Assembly: GCA_963719315.1 (NCBI GenBank)
Contig: CAVRBU010000011.1
Location: 139,372-203,371 of the forward strand
Source: an uncultured Planctomycetota bacterium
GTDB lineage: Bacteria; Planctomycetota; Planctomycetia; Pirellulales; Lacipirellulaceae
Direction of reading: 5' to 3'
Length of the DNA stretch: 64,000 nucleotides
The notes under the pieces are model-generated. The model was not told the origin of the DNA. It made no database searches and was given only the letters and a program-made list of their open reading frames with translations. Made by a program: the position numbers and the translations under genes. Shown here in pieces: positions 9,887-21,481 of the stretch (positions are counted from its first letter, which is position 1; each line of letters starts with the position of its first letter).

Positions 9887-10334
9887 AGAAAGGAAAGGAA
9901 AGGAAAGCAGACAAACTGCATGCCAAGTTGGTTTCTCTCTGCATTCCTTGGCGTTCTTGGCGACCTTGGCCGTTCGTCCTTTCAGCTTGAGTACAAGTAC
10001 CAAGCGACATAGACACCGCGTCGCAAAACGCTTCTTGCTCGTCGTAAGGGGATTCTATCCGGCCGCTCAAGCCGCCACAAAGCGGATAATCGTTGCCACC
10101 GGTCGCACCGGTTCTCGAAATGCCCACTTCGTTGACCTGCCACAAGCCGTGACGTAGATATTTGGCGACAGAGCAGTGCTCGGGTTGTCGAGCGGCTATC
10201 GCCGTTGGGCGCCATTGCGAGCTCGTTAGCAACGGGTCCAACGACAACGCCCGCGGATCGGGTGGTAGCACATTGATTACATGCCAAGGCCGCCGCACGA
10301 GAAGTATATGCACCCAATCGCTCCCCAACGTGCC

Positions 10335-11718
10335 ATGACCAAACCGCAACTTTTGCTCGTTGACGATGATCGACACGTGCTCGAGTCGATGTCCGACTGG
10401 CTGCGTGGCCAAGGTTACGAGTTGGATGCGTCGGGCGGGTACGTCGCCGCACTCGAGCAACTGCGCAAGAAATCGTTCGACCTGGTGCTGGCCGATGTTC
10501 GACTCCGCGACGGCGACGGCTTCGATTTGCTCGAACAATGCCGCCGCAATTGGCCGGCGTCGCAGGTCGTGCTGATGACCGGCTACGGTTCGCCCGATGG
10601 CGCGATCGAAGCGATTCGCGCCGGGGCATTCGATTACATCACCAAGCCGCTCATCGACAATGAGCTGCTGATGACGATCGAGCGGGCGATTTCGCAGCGC
10701 GGCATCAAGCAAGAAAACGAAAATCTCCACGCTCAACTCGATCGCCGGTACGGCATGGACAACATCGTGGGCCGCGACCCGCGGATGCTGAAAGTCTTCG
10801 AAATGATCGGCAGCGTGGCCGATACGCGAGCCACTGTGCTCGTGACCGGCGAAAGCGGCACCGGCAAGAGCATGATCGCTCGCGCCATCCATCGCCGCAG
10901 CGGACGCGCCAAGGGGCCGTTCGTCGAAGTTGCCTGCGGCGCACTCCCCGAAACGCTGCTGGAAAGCGAATTGTTCGGTCACGTCGCCGGCGCTTTCACG
11001 GGCGCGGTCGGCGAAAAGATGGGCAAGTTCCTCCAGGCCGACGGCGGCACGATCTTCCTCGACGAAATCGGCACCGCCAGCCCGGCCATGCAGGTGAAAC
11101 TGCTGCGGGTATTGCAAGAATTGAAGTTCGAGCAAGTCGGCGGCACCAAGACGTTCGAACGTCGATGTCCGCATCGTATTGGCAACGAATGAAGACCTGA
11201 CGCGGGCGGTGGCCGACGGCCGCTTCCGCCAAGACCTCTACTACCGCGTCAACGTCATCAATATCGAACTGCCACCGCTACGCTCTCGCGTGAGTGATAT
11301 TTCGTCCCTGGCCCACAGCTTCCTCGAAGAAGTACGCGAAGACTCACGCCGTGAGGTGACCGGCTTCGCTGACGACGCGATGGCAACGATGGAGCGTTAC
11401 AACTGGCCGGGCAACGTGCGTGAATTGCAGAATGTCGTCGAGCGGGCGGTGCTCTTGGGCAAAGGGCCGATCATCACCGTGGCAGACCTGCCGACCGAAG
11501 TTCGCGGCACGGGCGCGGTCTTCATGAGTTCGGCTGCCGGCCAGAAGACGCTGAAAGAAGCACTCGAAGGCCCGGAGCGACAAATCATTCGCGAAGTGCT
11601 CGAATCCAACGGGTGGAACCGCAACGCCACGGCCGACCAACTCGGCATCAATCGCACGACGCTCTACAAGAAAATGAAGCGGCTCGGCCTGGAAGACGGC
11701 CGCGTCGGCGTGATGTAG
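10335..11718 (+). CDS. Sigma54-dependent response regulator (NtrC family), frameshifted near 11160
   Basis: Receiver [28 protein letters not shown], Fis-type HTH; one extra base in TTCGAACGTCGAT splits [14 protein letters not shown]. Confidence 0.92.
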
Positions 11719-11730
11719 CTTGTCCGCGCT

Positions 11731-12636
11731 CTAGGGCTTCGCCGGCGCAGGCGCTGCCGGCTTCGCGCTATCACCCGGCGTCGCAGCAGGGGCCGGTGCC
11801 GACTCCCCAGCACCAAAGGTGTGGTAAACCTCACCCGGCAAGATGACCTTCGCATCAGGCGCCGCTTTTGGCTGTTCGGCGCTCGATGTTGCGGCAGGCG
11901 TCTCCGCTGGCTTCTTAACGGCGGGCTGCGACGAGCCACCCTCATTCAGCTTGTGGGCTACCTCCGCCAACGCCTTATCGACTTCCGGCAAGAAGTCGCG
12001 AGCGAAATGCAAGGCGGCGCTCTTCTCCGCCGTTTCAGACGGGTCGCGCATCTCGCTCGTGAAATATATTTTGTAGAGTGCTCTCACGTTGCCGAAGTGA
12101 TACCGCGCATTTTGTGGCGCCTCCCACACGACCTTTCCGTCATTCTCCGCGGATTCCGGATTGAACCAGCTCCAGAAAACGCGCCGCAGGCTGCGGCCGG
12201 TAAGCTCATCCTCTTTGTAAAAAGTATTCGTCCAGAAAGGCGTTTCCTGGCGACCGGTCATGACCAGCGGATACAAGCCGTTTTCTTTTGCGCGGGATGT
12301 AAAGCCGGAGGACGGGTAGCAAATGTCTGGTGTGTGAGCCGAAACATCACGCGCGTGTCCCACGATCAACCACAACTCGACCCGCTCCCCGGTTCGCGAA
12401 TTGCGATAATCGCGCGATACGGCGCCGATTGCACCTGCCGTCTTTTGCACGTTCGGATCCACTGGCTTATCCTCGCCGTGCCAATCGCCGATGGTCTTGG
12501 GCACTAAACTGAGAAGTTCGGCCCGCTGTTCGACGCTGAAGTTCGTGCCCGACAGTCGGTCGGTCATTCGAATCTGCACGGTCGTCAACCCGACGATTAG
12601 CAACACGCCTGCCAGGATCGGAAAAAAGCGAGTCAT
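11731..12636 (-). CDS. epsI: Exosortase-associated EpsI family protein
   Basis: N-terminal TM, PKTIGDWHGED and HTPDICYPSSG motifs; near exosortase. Confidence 0.8.
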   Translation of the reverse strand: MTRFFPILAGVLLIVGLTTVQIRMTDRLSGTNFSVEQRAELLSLVPKTIGDWHGEDKPVDPNVQKTAGAIGAVSRDYRNSRTGERVELWLIVGHARDVSAHTPDICYPSSGFTSRAKENGLYPLVMTGRQETPFWTNTFYKEDELTGRSLRRVFWSWFNPESAENDGKVVWEAPQNARYHFGNVRALYKIYFTSEMRDPSETAEKSAALHFARDFLPEVDKALAEVAHKLNEGGSSQPAVKKPAETPAATSSAEQPKAAPDAKVILPGEVYHTFGAGESAPAPAATPGDSAKPAAPAPAKP

Positions 12637-12915
12637 CGAGTTGAAACCTCCGGCTGCTAGCCGGACGCATCGCGCCGCGTTCGCGCGCCCGGCAAGGCAA
12701 AGAATCAAGAGCGGTATGAGGCCTCAATACGCCGGCAAACGACTCACGGTTCGCGAGAACGTGTGCGGTCGCTCGTCGGAGCCTCAGTCTCAATTCACAG
12801 TAGGCTCATGCCCGAAATGTGTCAAGCAAACGACGGTTCGGTCGTCCAGGCGACCCGCATAAGCCCTACAGCCGAATTCCGAGATTGTGCTGCTCGGTGC
12901 ACGGACTTCAGCGGT

Positions 12916-13605
12916 CTAGTTCGTCCAATTGGCGAGCGCGCCTGGCAGACTGGGTGGCGGATCGTCGCTCGGAGGACCGCCCGTTGCCCGCACGGGTCGG
13001 CGTACCGGCGCCTCAGAGGGCTGAGAGGCTGCGCGGACCGGCGGAGCCTGATTGAGTGTGCGCGGCCCGAACGGCAGCGCAGGCGGAGGATCAAGGTCGC
13101 TCGTCGGACCTGTTGAATTCAACGACTTCGGGCCAGGCACTTGCGGCTCATACGGCGGCAAGCTGCGACGCGGACTACCAGGTTCCACCGGCTCGCCCGG
13201 CTGCATCAGCGGCCCGGCCGGTGGCTGCCCGCCGGGCGGCCTGTTTTCGGTGCCGCCGGGCTCAGCGTTCGTCGCTGGAGCTCGGAGCGGTTCTTCGCGG
13301 GGCGTCGTTGGCGGCGGAGCTTTGCGATCTTCTTCATTCGCTCCGGGCGGCTCGAATGTGTTCATTTCCCCTGGCTGTTGCGAAGTCGGCCCCATTTGTC
13401 CCGCGGGGATCGGCTCCATGCATTCCAGCGGCCAACGCCGCCAACGCGTTTCGTACCAACCGTAGGTGAGCGGATTCGGATAGCAACGCCCATCGGCGCA
13501 GCACGGCGGCGGCGTCGGGCGATCCAACGGCGGCGGCGACGCCAGCGAAACGCTACCCATACCGGCCAGTAACAGTCCTGTGGCCGTCAAGTTTCTAATC
13601 GTCAT
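12916..13605 (-). CDS. Secreted proline-rich hypothetical protein
   Basis: Signal peptide MTIRNL..., CC..C.P..YGWY.TRWRRWP motif, Pro-rich tail. Confidence 0.75.
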   Translation of the reverse strand: MTIRNLTATGLLLAGMGSVSLASPPPLDRPTPPPCCADGRCYPNPLTYGWYETRWRRWPLECMEPIPAGQMGPTSQQPGEMNTFEPPGANEEDRKAPPPTTPREEPLRAPATNAEPGGTENRPPGGQPPAGPLMQPGEPVEPGSPRRSLPPYEPQVPGPKSLNSTGPTSDLDPPPALPFGPRTLNQAPPVRAASQPSEAPVRRPVRATGGPPSDDPPPSLPGALANWTN

Positions 13606-13700
13606 GATTGTGTCCTCCCCGAATCCAATTCTCCGCAACCAATTCCAAGGCTCCGAACCGAACAACTAACAACGGACATCTTGCAATGGACAATGCTTTG

Positions 13701-14756
13701 CTACAAAGAGCCTAAGCCGAAACGCCTGATCTGATTGAGCGTCGCGGTACCCAGCGAGGTGAAGCCGAACATCCGCTCGAATGGCTGGGTGTATTTGAAC
13801 ACCAGTGCGTTGAACTTGATGAACGGATCCTCGGCGATGTACAGCCGATCGCGCGGCATCAGTTGATAATTCGTGGCAGTGGATCCACCGCGGCTGATTT
13901 CCTCCCAATTAACCGGCAGAATTTGTTCGCAGCCCACGCCATTCGGCGCCGGCCGGGCAATGAAAATCCGAGTGGACGAAAGCTGCGAAAGCCCGCCCAA
14001 CTGGGCGATGGCGTCCAACACCGTTTCATTTCCGGTAATTGGAAATTCAGCGACGTCGTCGCCGTTGCCCGCGCCTTGCGTAATGACATAGTACGTTTTG
14101 CTGTTGTAGGCGAACACATCCACCGCCACTTGCGGCGATTCAAGATAGTTCGAAAGATGTTTCTCGATCACTTCGCGAGCCTGATCGAGCGTCAGCCCCG
14201 CCACGTAGACTGATCCGTAGGTAGACAAATTGATGCGGCCATCTGGTCCCACCAAGTGTTCTCCAGAGATCTGCTGCGCCCCGCTGGAAGCGGCCAAAGA
14301 TACCGATACCTGCGGATCTTGAATCAACTGAGCGAGGTGTCGGCGTATCTCGGCTTGGGCTTCGTCGGTCGTCAGGCCAACCACCTTCACGCGGCCATAT
14401 GCCGGGCCCAAATCGACCGTACCTTCGGGATCGATGAAGAACGCTTCCGCGATCGGTTGATCGGCGAATGCGTTCGCTACACGAATCAAGAGCGCATCGA
14501 AGGGCTCAAGTTTGTGCGGCGGCTTTGGCACGATCTTCACCGCCTGAAGAAACAGGATGTCTGGCGGTTCGATCGTGTACGCCGGCAACGACACCATGTC
14601 CAGCTCACGCGGCACCTGGCTGTTCGGCGATGGTTCCGGCGGAGTAATCGGATACGGTTCGCGCGGCTCCAGAAAGGCCGTGCATCCTCCGGTGGCCAGC
14701 ACCATCGCGACCAGACACATTGCCCGAATCGATTGAATTCGTGGGGAGAGGATCAT
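13701..14756 (-). CDS. wza: Polysaccharide export lipoprotein (Wza/SLBB-like)
   Basis: Lipobox ATGGC; Y.IEPPDIL, two Poly_export-like repeats, ITGNETVLDAI. Confidence 0.85.
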   Translation of the reverse strand: MILSPRIQSIRAMCLVAMVLATGGCTAFLEPREPYPITPPEPSPNSQVPRELDMVSLPAYTIEPPDILFLQAVKIVPKPPHKLEPFDALLIRVANAFADQPIAEAFFIDPEGTVDLGPAYGRVKVVGLTTDEAQAEIRRHLAQLIQDPQVSVSLAASSGAQQISGEHLVGPDGRINLSTYGSVYVAGLTLDQAREVIEKHLSNYLESPQVAVDVFAYNSKTYYVITQGAGNGDDVAEFPITGNETVLDAIAQLGGLSQLSSTRIFIARPAPNGVGCEQILPVNWEEISRGGSTATNYQLMPRDRLYIAEDPFIKFNALVFKYTQPFERMFGFTSLGTATLNQIRRFGLGSL

Positions 14757-15024
14757 GGCGTTTCTCGGACTCGCGTTGTTGGTTTCGATGCCGGGCTGCC
14801 ACCAAGCTAGCAGCCAGGCAATGAACTCCTGCGCAACCGGAAATCCCGGCACGTTCTCTCTAATCGGAAAAGATCGCCAACAACTTTGGCCGAGGCCGCA
14901 AACAATCGCCATTTTCCCCAAACGGCGCCTGACCGCGAGAAAATGGGTATTTTTGTCAAGTTAGATAAATCTTCCTGCGAGATTCTGTTCGTTCTTCGTA
15001 TGCTGGCAATTCTGCTGTGCTGAA

Positions 15025-15110
15025 ATAGGTTTCGCCTGCCGGGCGGGGCCTGGAATCCGCTTTGCAACTTTGTGAATCCGCTCAGGTCCCTTCCGGCAGA
15101 AGGGACCTAC
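15025..15110 (-). repeat. GTAG-type REP doublet
   Basis: Reverse-complement match to 45782-45869, 47660-47744 and 48978-49059. Confidence 0.85.
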
Positions 15111-15406
15111 CTAGAATCTGTGGGCACGACCCCTGGACGTTCGTGGAAGGCAACGTCTGGAGGTGGGATTCCCCGGTTTTTGACCGTTAGCAACACGAAC
15201 AATTATTTGAGTCGCTGCGTAAAGGCGCAAGCCCCCATCCAAATCCTTGAATTCCGAACAGCGTGCAGGACGGCTCAGGGGATTCAATCGCTATAATTGG
15301 CGCGATGAGGAGCACGGTAATTCCACATAGGCGAAATGCCGGCGATGCGGCAGTTTGTAGGGCCCAAACATAAAGCAGCTCACGAGTTGCGTTTCGATAC
15401 GGGTGT

Positions 15407-15435
15407 TTGACAGATTTTTGCCAGCCGCGTATTCT
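15407..15435 (+). promoter_or_regulatory. Sigma70-like promoter upstream of exosortase
   Basis: TTGACA-N17-TATTCT. Confidence 0.55.
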
Positions 15436-15799
15436 CGATTCTTAGAGGCATCGGCTGCTCAGTTTGCGCGTGGTGGATAGAAAGACGGTTAGTACTGGTT
15501 CCGCGACAACTCGACGAGGCGCGGTTCCATTACGGCGGCGGCTGCAGGATGCCCTGTTTTTCCAGGGCGGTGGCTCCGTACTTATCACCGGGTTCCGGCG
15601 CCGGCAGGCTGCCGACGGGACACCCCTCGCGGAATAGAGAATCCACTGGTTGCTTCTACCGAGTTGCCGTAGCAGGCGACTTTCGCTGCACTGTTCGCTT
15701 GCGACGACGTAATAATTCGATGATGGATGTCACCCCACAGGCCGCTTTCATCGGGCCGCACTAATAAACTCGCAGATCGAATTTGAGGTTCCTCACTCC

Positions 15800-16801
15800 A
15801 TGAGCCAAATTCAACCACCGTCAAAACCTCCCCTTCGTTCCACTCAACCGCTGCGTAGCACGGCGATGGCCGCTGCTGAACCTGCAAGTTTGACCGACCC
15901 CTCGCAGCTCACGCCGTTGTTGTTGCTCGGGGGCTTGGTGATTTTGCTGGTGGCTGCCTACTGGGACATGTTTTCGCTCATCAGCGCGGCTTGGAAAGAA
16001 GAACTTTATTCACACGGCTGGATTGTGCCGCTGTTTGCATTGGGGCTGTTGTGGCTCCGGTGGGAGCCTTTTGGGCCGGTACCTGCCCGCGAACGCTGGA
16101 TTGGAGTCGCCCTATTGGGGGCCGGTTTGGCGACGCGGCTACTGGCTGCGGAATACACCATCAATCCGATCGATCGCCTGTCGTTTCTGCCGGCGATTTT
16201 CGGCGTCTTCATGATGGTCGGTGGCATGCAGGTCGTTCGCTGGGCTTGGCCGGCGCTGGCGTTTCTGATCTTCATGTTTCCACTGCCGACTGCTCTCGAA
16301 GTGAATGTCTTGAACCGGCTTCAGCGGATGGCGACCATTTCCAGCACGTTCGTGCTGCAAACCCTGGGTGTCGCCGCCTTCCGCACCGGCAACTTGATCA
16401 GCATTCCAGGTTCCGATCAGCCCATGAATGTGGCGGAGGGGTGCGCGGGCTTGCGGATGGCGACGATTTTCGGCGCGCTCGCGGTTGCCATGGTCTTCAT
16501 TATCGAGCGGCCCTGGTGGGACAAACTCGTGATTCTGTTGAGCTCGATTCCGATCGCCATCTTTGTGAATATCGTCCGCATCACTGCCACGGGCTTGCTG
16601 TACACGATGGTTGGGCCGCAAAACCTGGCTGTGCACAAAATCATGCACGATTGGGCCGGGCTGTTGATCATGATGCCGCTCGCGATGGCCTTACTGTGGC
16701 TGGAGTTGCAAGTTCTGGAGCGACTTACGATTCCCATCGAGTCAGTGCAATTGCGGCCGGTCGGCGGACCGCGTGGTTCCGCGCCTTTGCCGGTCCGCTG
16801 A
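15800..16801 (+). CDS. xrt: Exosortase (EpsH family)
   Basis: Multi-TM; YSHG, VAEGCAGLRM (catalytic Cys), NIVRI (Arg), HD (His). Confidence 0.92.
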   Translation: MSQIQPPSKPPLRSTQPLRSTAMAAAEPASLTDPSQLTPLLLLGGLVILLVAAYWDMFSLISAAWKEELYSHGWIVPLFALGLLWLRWEPFGPVPARERWIGVALLGAGLATRLLAAEYTINPIDRLSFLPAIFGVFMMVGGMQVVRWAWPALAFLIFMFPLPTALEVNVLNRLQRMATISSTFVLQTLGVAAFRTGNLISIPGSDQPMNVAEGCAGLRMATIFGALAVAMVFIIERPWWDKLVILLSSIPIAIFVNIVRITATGLLYTMVGPQNLAVHKIMHDWAGLLIMMPLAMALLWLELQVLERLTIPIESVQLRPVGGPRGSAPLPVR

Positions 16802-16941
16802 ATAACAGGTCAATACTGTGGAAAAATTGCGACAATTGTTGAAAAAACGCACCCTCGGCGGAACGGTTGTCCGTCTCAACTGTGTTTGTAAATCCTTGTT
16901 GTAAAACCCTTTAGGAGCATTCAAGCGGGCCCGAAACCGAT

Positions 16942-16956
16942 TGGCGTATAAGTTGC
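16942..16956 (+). promoter_or_regulatory. Sigma54 -24/-12 promoter upstream of wzc
   Basis: TGGCGTATAAGTTGC, with GG-N10-GC spacing. Confidence 0.55.
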
Positions 16957-17047
16957 GATTGCTAGCTTTACGCTTTTCTCGCGCTGGCTTCCTTTTCCTA
17001 GTCTCGGCACGGCGCCGGTATTCACCTGGACCACTTGAGATCCTTCC

Positions 17048-19324
17048 ATGACGTATCACGAAGACTCTTCTCACACACCCGACGAACATCGCGCCCTCGT
17101 TGGTGATGCGCATTCTCCCGGCGACGCCCTCGTGGTTCAATCCAACGGAGCGCCCAGTCATCCACTGGCAATCCCCAGCGGACCAATGCCCGTCGGCCAG
17201 GACGTCCTCCGCGGCGGCATGGACGCCAACACGTTCCTCCACGCACTCCGACGGCGCTGGATACTCGCGCTGTCCCTGGCCACTGTCGCGGCTAGCATCG
17301 CCGCGGCTGCACTTTGGGTATTGTTTCCCGAGTCGTCGTCTGCCACCGCGTTGTTCGAGGTATCGAACAAACAGGATACGATTTTCGACATTAGTCGGCA
17401 GAACGAACAGAATTTCGAAATCCTTAAGAAAACGCAGCTCGCCTTACTGAAAAGTAATTTCGTACTCACTGCTGCTATTCGACCTCCTAGCATCGCCAGC
17501 CTCAGCGCACTGGCTGGGCACGCGGATCCCGTGGAATGGTTGCAGGAAAACTTGGAAGTCGATTTTCCCCAAAACGGCGAAATTCTCCAAATCAGGCTTT
17601 CCGGGGACGAGCTACCCGATGAATTGGTGCAACTCGTCGATGCCGTGGCGAAGGCCTACAAAGAAGAAGTCGTGAACACGCTGCGGCAACGCCGCCTGGC
17701 GACCCGCGACTTGTTGGCCCAAAATCTCGAAACGCTCAACAAAGACATCCGCAACAAGTTGGATATCTTTCTCGAAATCGCCCACGAATCGGGCCAGGCA
17801 CTGGGCAACACGCGCGATGCCGAAACGGATCTCTTGCTCCGAGAAATCTCCGAAATTCAAAAGAAGAGAGACGACCTTACGACACAGCTCTTCCAAACAC
17901 AGACCGACTTCATGATCATGAAGGGCGAACTGGAAGATCCTGGCTTGATCGAGCAACAGGTCGACGAGTTTCTCGATAAAGATCCGCAGATGGCGATGAT
18001 GAAACAGCAAGTTGCGTATCTGCAAATGAATCGGTCACAAACCGAGAGTACCGCCAAGCATGCTGGCTCCAAAGCCGGCTCGATGACCGATCGCCAAATT
18101 GCACATCTCAATCAGCAAATTGAGCAGTATCGCCAAGATTCAAAACTGCAGTTGATGCACGACATTCAAACCAAGCCGAATTACAACCTCTTGCAGCTCA
18201 CCAAGCGCTACAGGATGCTGATCAACTCGTTGCAGGCCCAACTGGGCGCCGCCAACAAGACGCTGGAAACCAAAATGGCGACTTTGAAGACGCGGATCGA
18301 AAAGTCCGGGGACTTGGAAACCCGCCAAGAAGATTTGAAACAGTATCAGCAGATCGCCAATGATATGAGCGTCAAGCTCGAGAGCCTCGACTTCGACGCC
18401 AACGCGCCGGCCCAGATCAAGCAGGTGCAGCAAGCCGTTCCCACGAAGAATATCAACACTGCCCAGCACTATGCGATCGTAATCCTGGGTGGCCTGGGGG
18501 CCTTCGCTTTGACTTGCTTGGGCATCGCCTATTTGGAGTTCAGTAGTCGGCGTCTCAATGCGCCGCACGAAGTGGACGAAGGCCTCGGCATCCGCGTCGT
18601 CGGCACGCTCCCCGGCCTGTCGTCGCGGAAGGCCCTCGATCCGAATCATCCGGTCGTGGCCCAGCTTACCGAGTCGATCGATGGCGTGCGGACGATCCTC
18701 ATGCACGACTCGACCTCCAAGCGCCGGCAAGTGGTGCTCGTGACCAGCGCCGCCACGAACGAAGGCCGCACGACCGTGGCCAGCCAACTGGCCGCCAGTT
18801 TGGCCCGCGCCGGCCGCCGCACGCTGCTGGTCGATGGCGACTTGCGACGCCCCGCCCTGCACGCGCTGTTCGATGCTCCGCTCGAAGACGGGCTGTGCGA
18901 AGTGCTTCGCGCCGAAGTCGATGTCTCCGACGTGATTCGCCCGACCCACGCCGAAGGTCTGTGGTTGCTCACTGCCGGTTACTGCGACATCGATGCGATT
19001 CACGCCTTGGCCACCGAGCAAATGCAGCCAGTGTTCGATAAGCTTCGCGCTGAATACGATTTCATCATCATCGACGGCGCGCCCGTCCTGGGCATGTCCG
19101 ACGCCCTGATCTTCGGTCAGTACAGCGACGGCGCGATCCTTTCGGTCCGCCGCGACCAGAGCCAAATGCCGAAGATTCACCAGGCGGCCGAGTTGCTCCG
19201 AGGCGTCGGAATCCGCATTATCGGCGCGGTGGTCAACGGCGTTCAAGCCAAGGCCGACGACCGAATCGTCCAGATGCGCCTCATGGCGCCGAAAGCCGAC
19301 CGCGAGCTCCAGCCAACGTCCTGA
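17048..19324 (+). CDS. wzc: Wzc-like polysaccharide co-polymerase / BY-kinase homolog
   Basis: Two TMs flanking a coiled coil; Walker A variant EGRTT, A' LLVDGDLRRP, B IIIDGAP. Confidence 0.88.
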   Translation: MTYHEDSSHTPDEHRALVGDAHSPGDALVVQSNGAPSHPLAIPSGPMPVGQDVLRGGMDANTFLHALRRRWILALSLATVAASIAAAALWVLFPESSSATALFEVSNKQDTIFDISRQNEQNFEILKKTQLALLKSNFVLTAAIRPPSIASLSALAGHADPVEWLQENLEVDFPQNGEILQIRLSGDELPDELVQLVDAVAKAYKEEVVNTLRQRRLATRDLLAQNLETLNKDIRNKLDIFLEIAHESGQALGNTRDAETDLLLREISEIQKKRDDLTTQLFQTQTDFMIMKGELEDPGLIEQQVDEFLDKDPQMAMMKQQVAYLQMNRSQTESTAKHAGSKAGSMTDRQIAHLNQQIEQYRQDSKLQLMHDIQTKPNYNLLQLTKRYRMLINSLQAQLGAANKTLETKMATLKTRIEKSGDLETRQEDLKQYQQIANDMSVKLESLDFDANAPAQIKQVQQAVPTKNINTAQHYAIVILGGLGAFALTCLGIAYLEFSSRRLNAPHEVDEGLGIRVVGTLPGLSSRKALDPNHPVVAQLTESIDGVRTILMHDSTSKRRQVVLVTSAATNEGRTTVASQLAASLARAGRRTLLVDGDLRRPALHALFDAPLEDGLCEVLRAEVDVSDVIRPTHAEGLWLLTAGYCDIDAIHALATEQMQPVFDKLRAEYDFIIIDGAPVLGMSDALIFGQYSDGAILSVRRDQSQMPKIHQAAELLRGVGIRIIGAVVNGVQAKADDRIVQMRLMAPKADRELQPTS

Positions 19325-19371
19325 CGGCTTCCAAAACTCGCTCGTCGTCACCCGAATCTGTCCGCCCACAG

Positions 19372-19397
19372 CCCCCGGCTCCGCCGGGGGTTTTTTT
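19372..19397 (+). terminator. Intrinsic terminator
   Basis: CCCCCGGC-loop-GCCGGGGG followed by T7. Confidence 0.85.
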
Positions 19398-19697
19398 GCG
19401 CCGACCACAAATCGCCCCACAAAACCAAGCCACCAAGCCCAAATCCTCTTCCATCGCCAGCCAGGCGTGCTCGGCAAATTTTTTCTCGCCGGACACCCGA
19501 CGGGTCGTTTTCAACCGCCATTTCATTCGCTATCATAGCGAGTTCCAGGCGGTCACCGCGGTCGGCTCGTTCGATCGAGGCTGGCCGCTTTTTTACGTTC
19601 GGTGAGCAAGTGAGTCGGTTGTTATAGAAATCCGTTCCTTACTCCACCCACTCACCTGCTCACCTCTAACTCCCTCTGGCATTGGAGACATCGAAAC

Positions 19698-21131
19698 ATG
19701 GCTGCTCTGACCCCTCAATCGGTCCTTGCGATGTGCCGCGAGCGCGACATCAAGGCCGTCGACTTGCGCTTCATGGACTTCCCCGGCATCTGGCAGCACT
19801 TCACCATTCCCGTCTCCAAGCTGGATGAAGAAGTCTTCGAGGATGGCCTCGGCTTCGATGGCTCCAGCATCCGCGGCTGGCAGGCGATCAACGAGAGCGA
19901 CATGCTCCTCATGCCCCAAGCCGACACGGCTTTCGTGGACCCCTTCACCGTGATTCCCACGCTGTGCATCATCTGCAATGTGCAAGACCCGATCACGCGC
20001 GAAGATTACACCCGCGATCCGCGCAACGTCGCCCGCAAAGCGGTTAACTACCTCAAGAGCACCGGCGTCGCCGATACCTGCTTCATCGGCCCCGAAGCCG
20101 AGTTCTTCATCTTTGATGATGTCCGCTTCGACCAAACCCCCAACAGTGGTTTCTTCTTCCTCGATAGCGAAGAAGGCCAGTGGAACCGCGGCAAAGATTA
20201 CGCTTCGCAGGGCAAAACCAATCTCGGCTATAAGCTTCGCCATAAGGAAGGCTACTTCCCCGTGCCGCCCGCGGATGCCCTGATGGACATCCGCAATGAG
20301 ATGATGATCACGATGATCGAGTGCGGCCTCGATGTCGAAGCCCAGCACCACGAAGTCGCCACCGCCGGCCAGAGCGAAATCGACCTGCGATTCGACGAGC
20401 TCGTGCGGATGGGCGACAAGATGTGCCTTTACAAGTACATCATCAAAAACGTTGCCAAGAAGTACAACAAGACCGTCACGTTCATGCCCAAGCCGCTGTT
20501 CAGCGATAACGGTTCCGGCATGCACACTCACATTTCTCTGTGGAAGGGCGGCCAACCCCTGTTCGCCGGCAACGGCTACGCCGGGCTGTCGGAAATGGGC
20601 CTGTTCGCCATCGGCGGCTTGCTCAAGCACGCGCCCGCGATTCTGGCCTTCACCAACCCCACGACCAACAGCTACAAGCGGTTGGTACCGGGTTACGAAG
20701 CGCCGGTGAACCTGGCCTACTCGCAACGCAACCGCTCGGCCTCGTGCCGCATTCCGATGTACAGCCCGAGCCCGAAGGCCAAGCGGGTCGAGTTCCGCTG
20801 CCCCGATCCGAGTTCGAACCCCTACCTGGCGTTTGCGACCATCATGATGGCCGCGCTGGATGGCATTCAGAATAAGATCCATCCTGGCGAGCCGCTCGAT
20901 AAGGACATCTACGACCTCGCACCGGAAGAGCTAGCCGAAGTGCCGAAGACGCCCGGTTCCCTCGGCGATTCGCTGCACGCGCTTGCCAAGGACCACGAGT
21001 TCCTCCTCCGCGGCGACGTTTTCACCGAAGACGTGATCAACACCTGGATCAGCTACAAGCAAAAGAACGAAGTCGACGCGATGGCCCTCCGCCCGCATCC
21101 GTACGAGTTTTGCTTGTATTACGATATGTAA
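19698..21131 (+). CDS. glnA: Glutamine synthetase type I
   Basis: FDGSSI, HHEVAT, FMPKP...[14 protein letters not shown], adenylylation loop DKDIYDL. Confidence 0.98.
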   Translation: MAALTPQSVLAMCRERDIKAVDLRFMDFPGIWQHFTIPVSKLDEEVFEDGLGFDGSSIRGWQAINESDMLLMPQADTAFVDPFTVIPTLCIICNVQDPITREDYTRDPRNVARKAVNYLKSTGVADTCFIGPEAEFFIFDDVRFDQTPNSGFFFLDSEEGQWNRGKDYASQGKTNLGYKLRHKEGYFPVPPADALMDIRNEMMITMIECGLDVEAQHHEVATAGQSEIDLRFDELVRMGDKMCLYKYIIKNVAKKYNKTVTFMPKPLFSDNGSGMHTHISLWKGGQPLFAGNGYAGLSEMGLFAIGGLLKHAPAILAFTNPTTNSYKRLVPGYEAPVNLAYSQRNRSASCRIPMYSPSPKAKRVEFRCPDPSSNPYLAFATIMMAALDGIQNKIHPGEPLDKDIYDLAPEELAEVPKTPGSLGDSLHALAKDHEFLLRGDVFTEDVINTWISYKQKNEVDAMALRPHPYEFCLYYDM

Positions 21132-21481
21132 TCCAGTTTTACTCCCTCTCCCTCCGGGGGAGGGCCGGGGCGCTTTGGATTCGCCGTGGCAAGGTGCGAG
21201 TGCTTTGCCCGACTGCCTTGTAATTGATGCACAATGCAATAGGCGGCGGGTTGAAACCCGCCGCTCTATTCATGCGCAAACGTGAGCACGCGTTTGAACA
21301 ACTCGACCCATACCATTAGAGTGAATGTCAACGTCTCCACGTTGGGCGATATGGAGATCGGCATTGAAACGGGACCCACCTGGGGTGCGGAATCGGCATT
21401 GAAAAGGGACCCACCGCAGCGGACTTCGTAAGCTGGATTCCCGGTTTTTAAACTGGGGAATTCAGCGAAGCGGAGTCAAGG

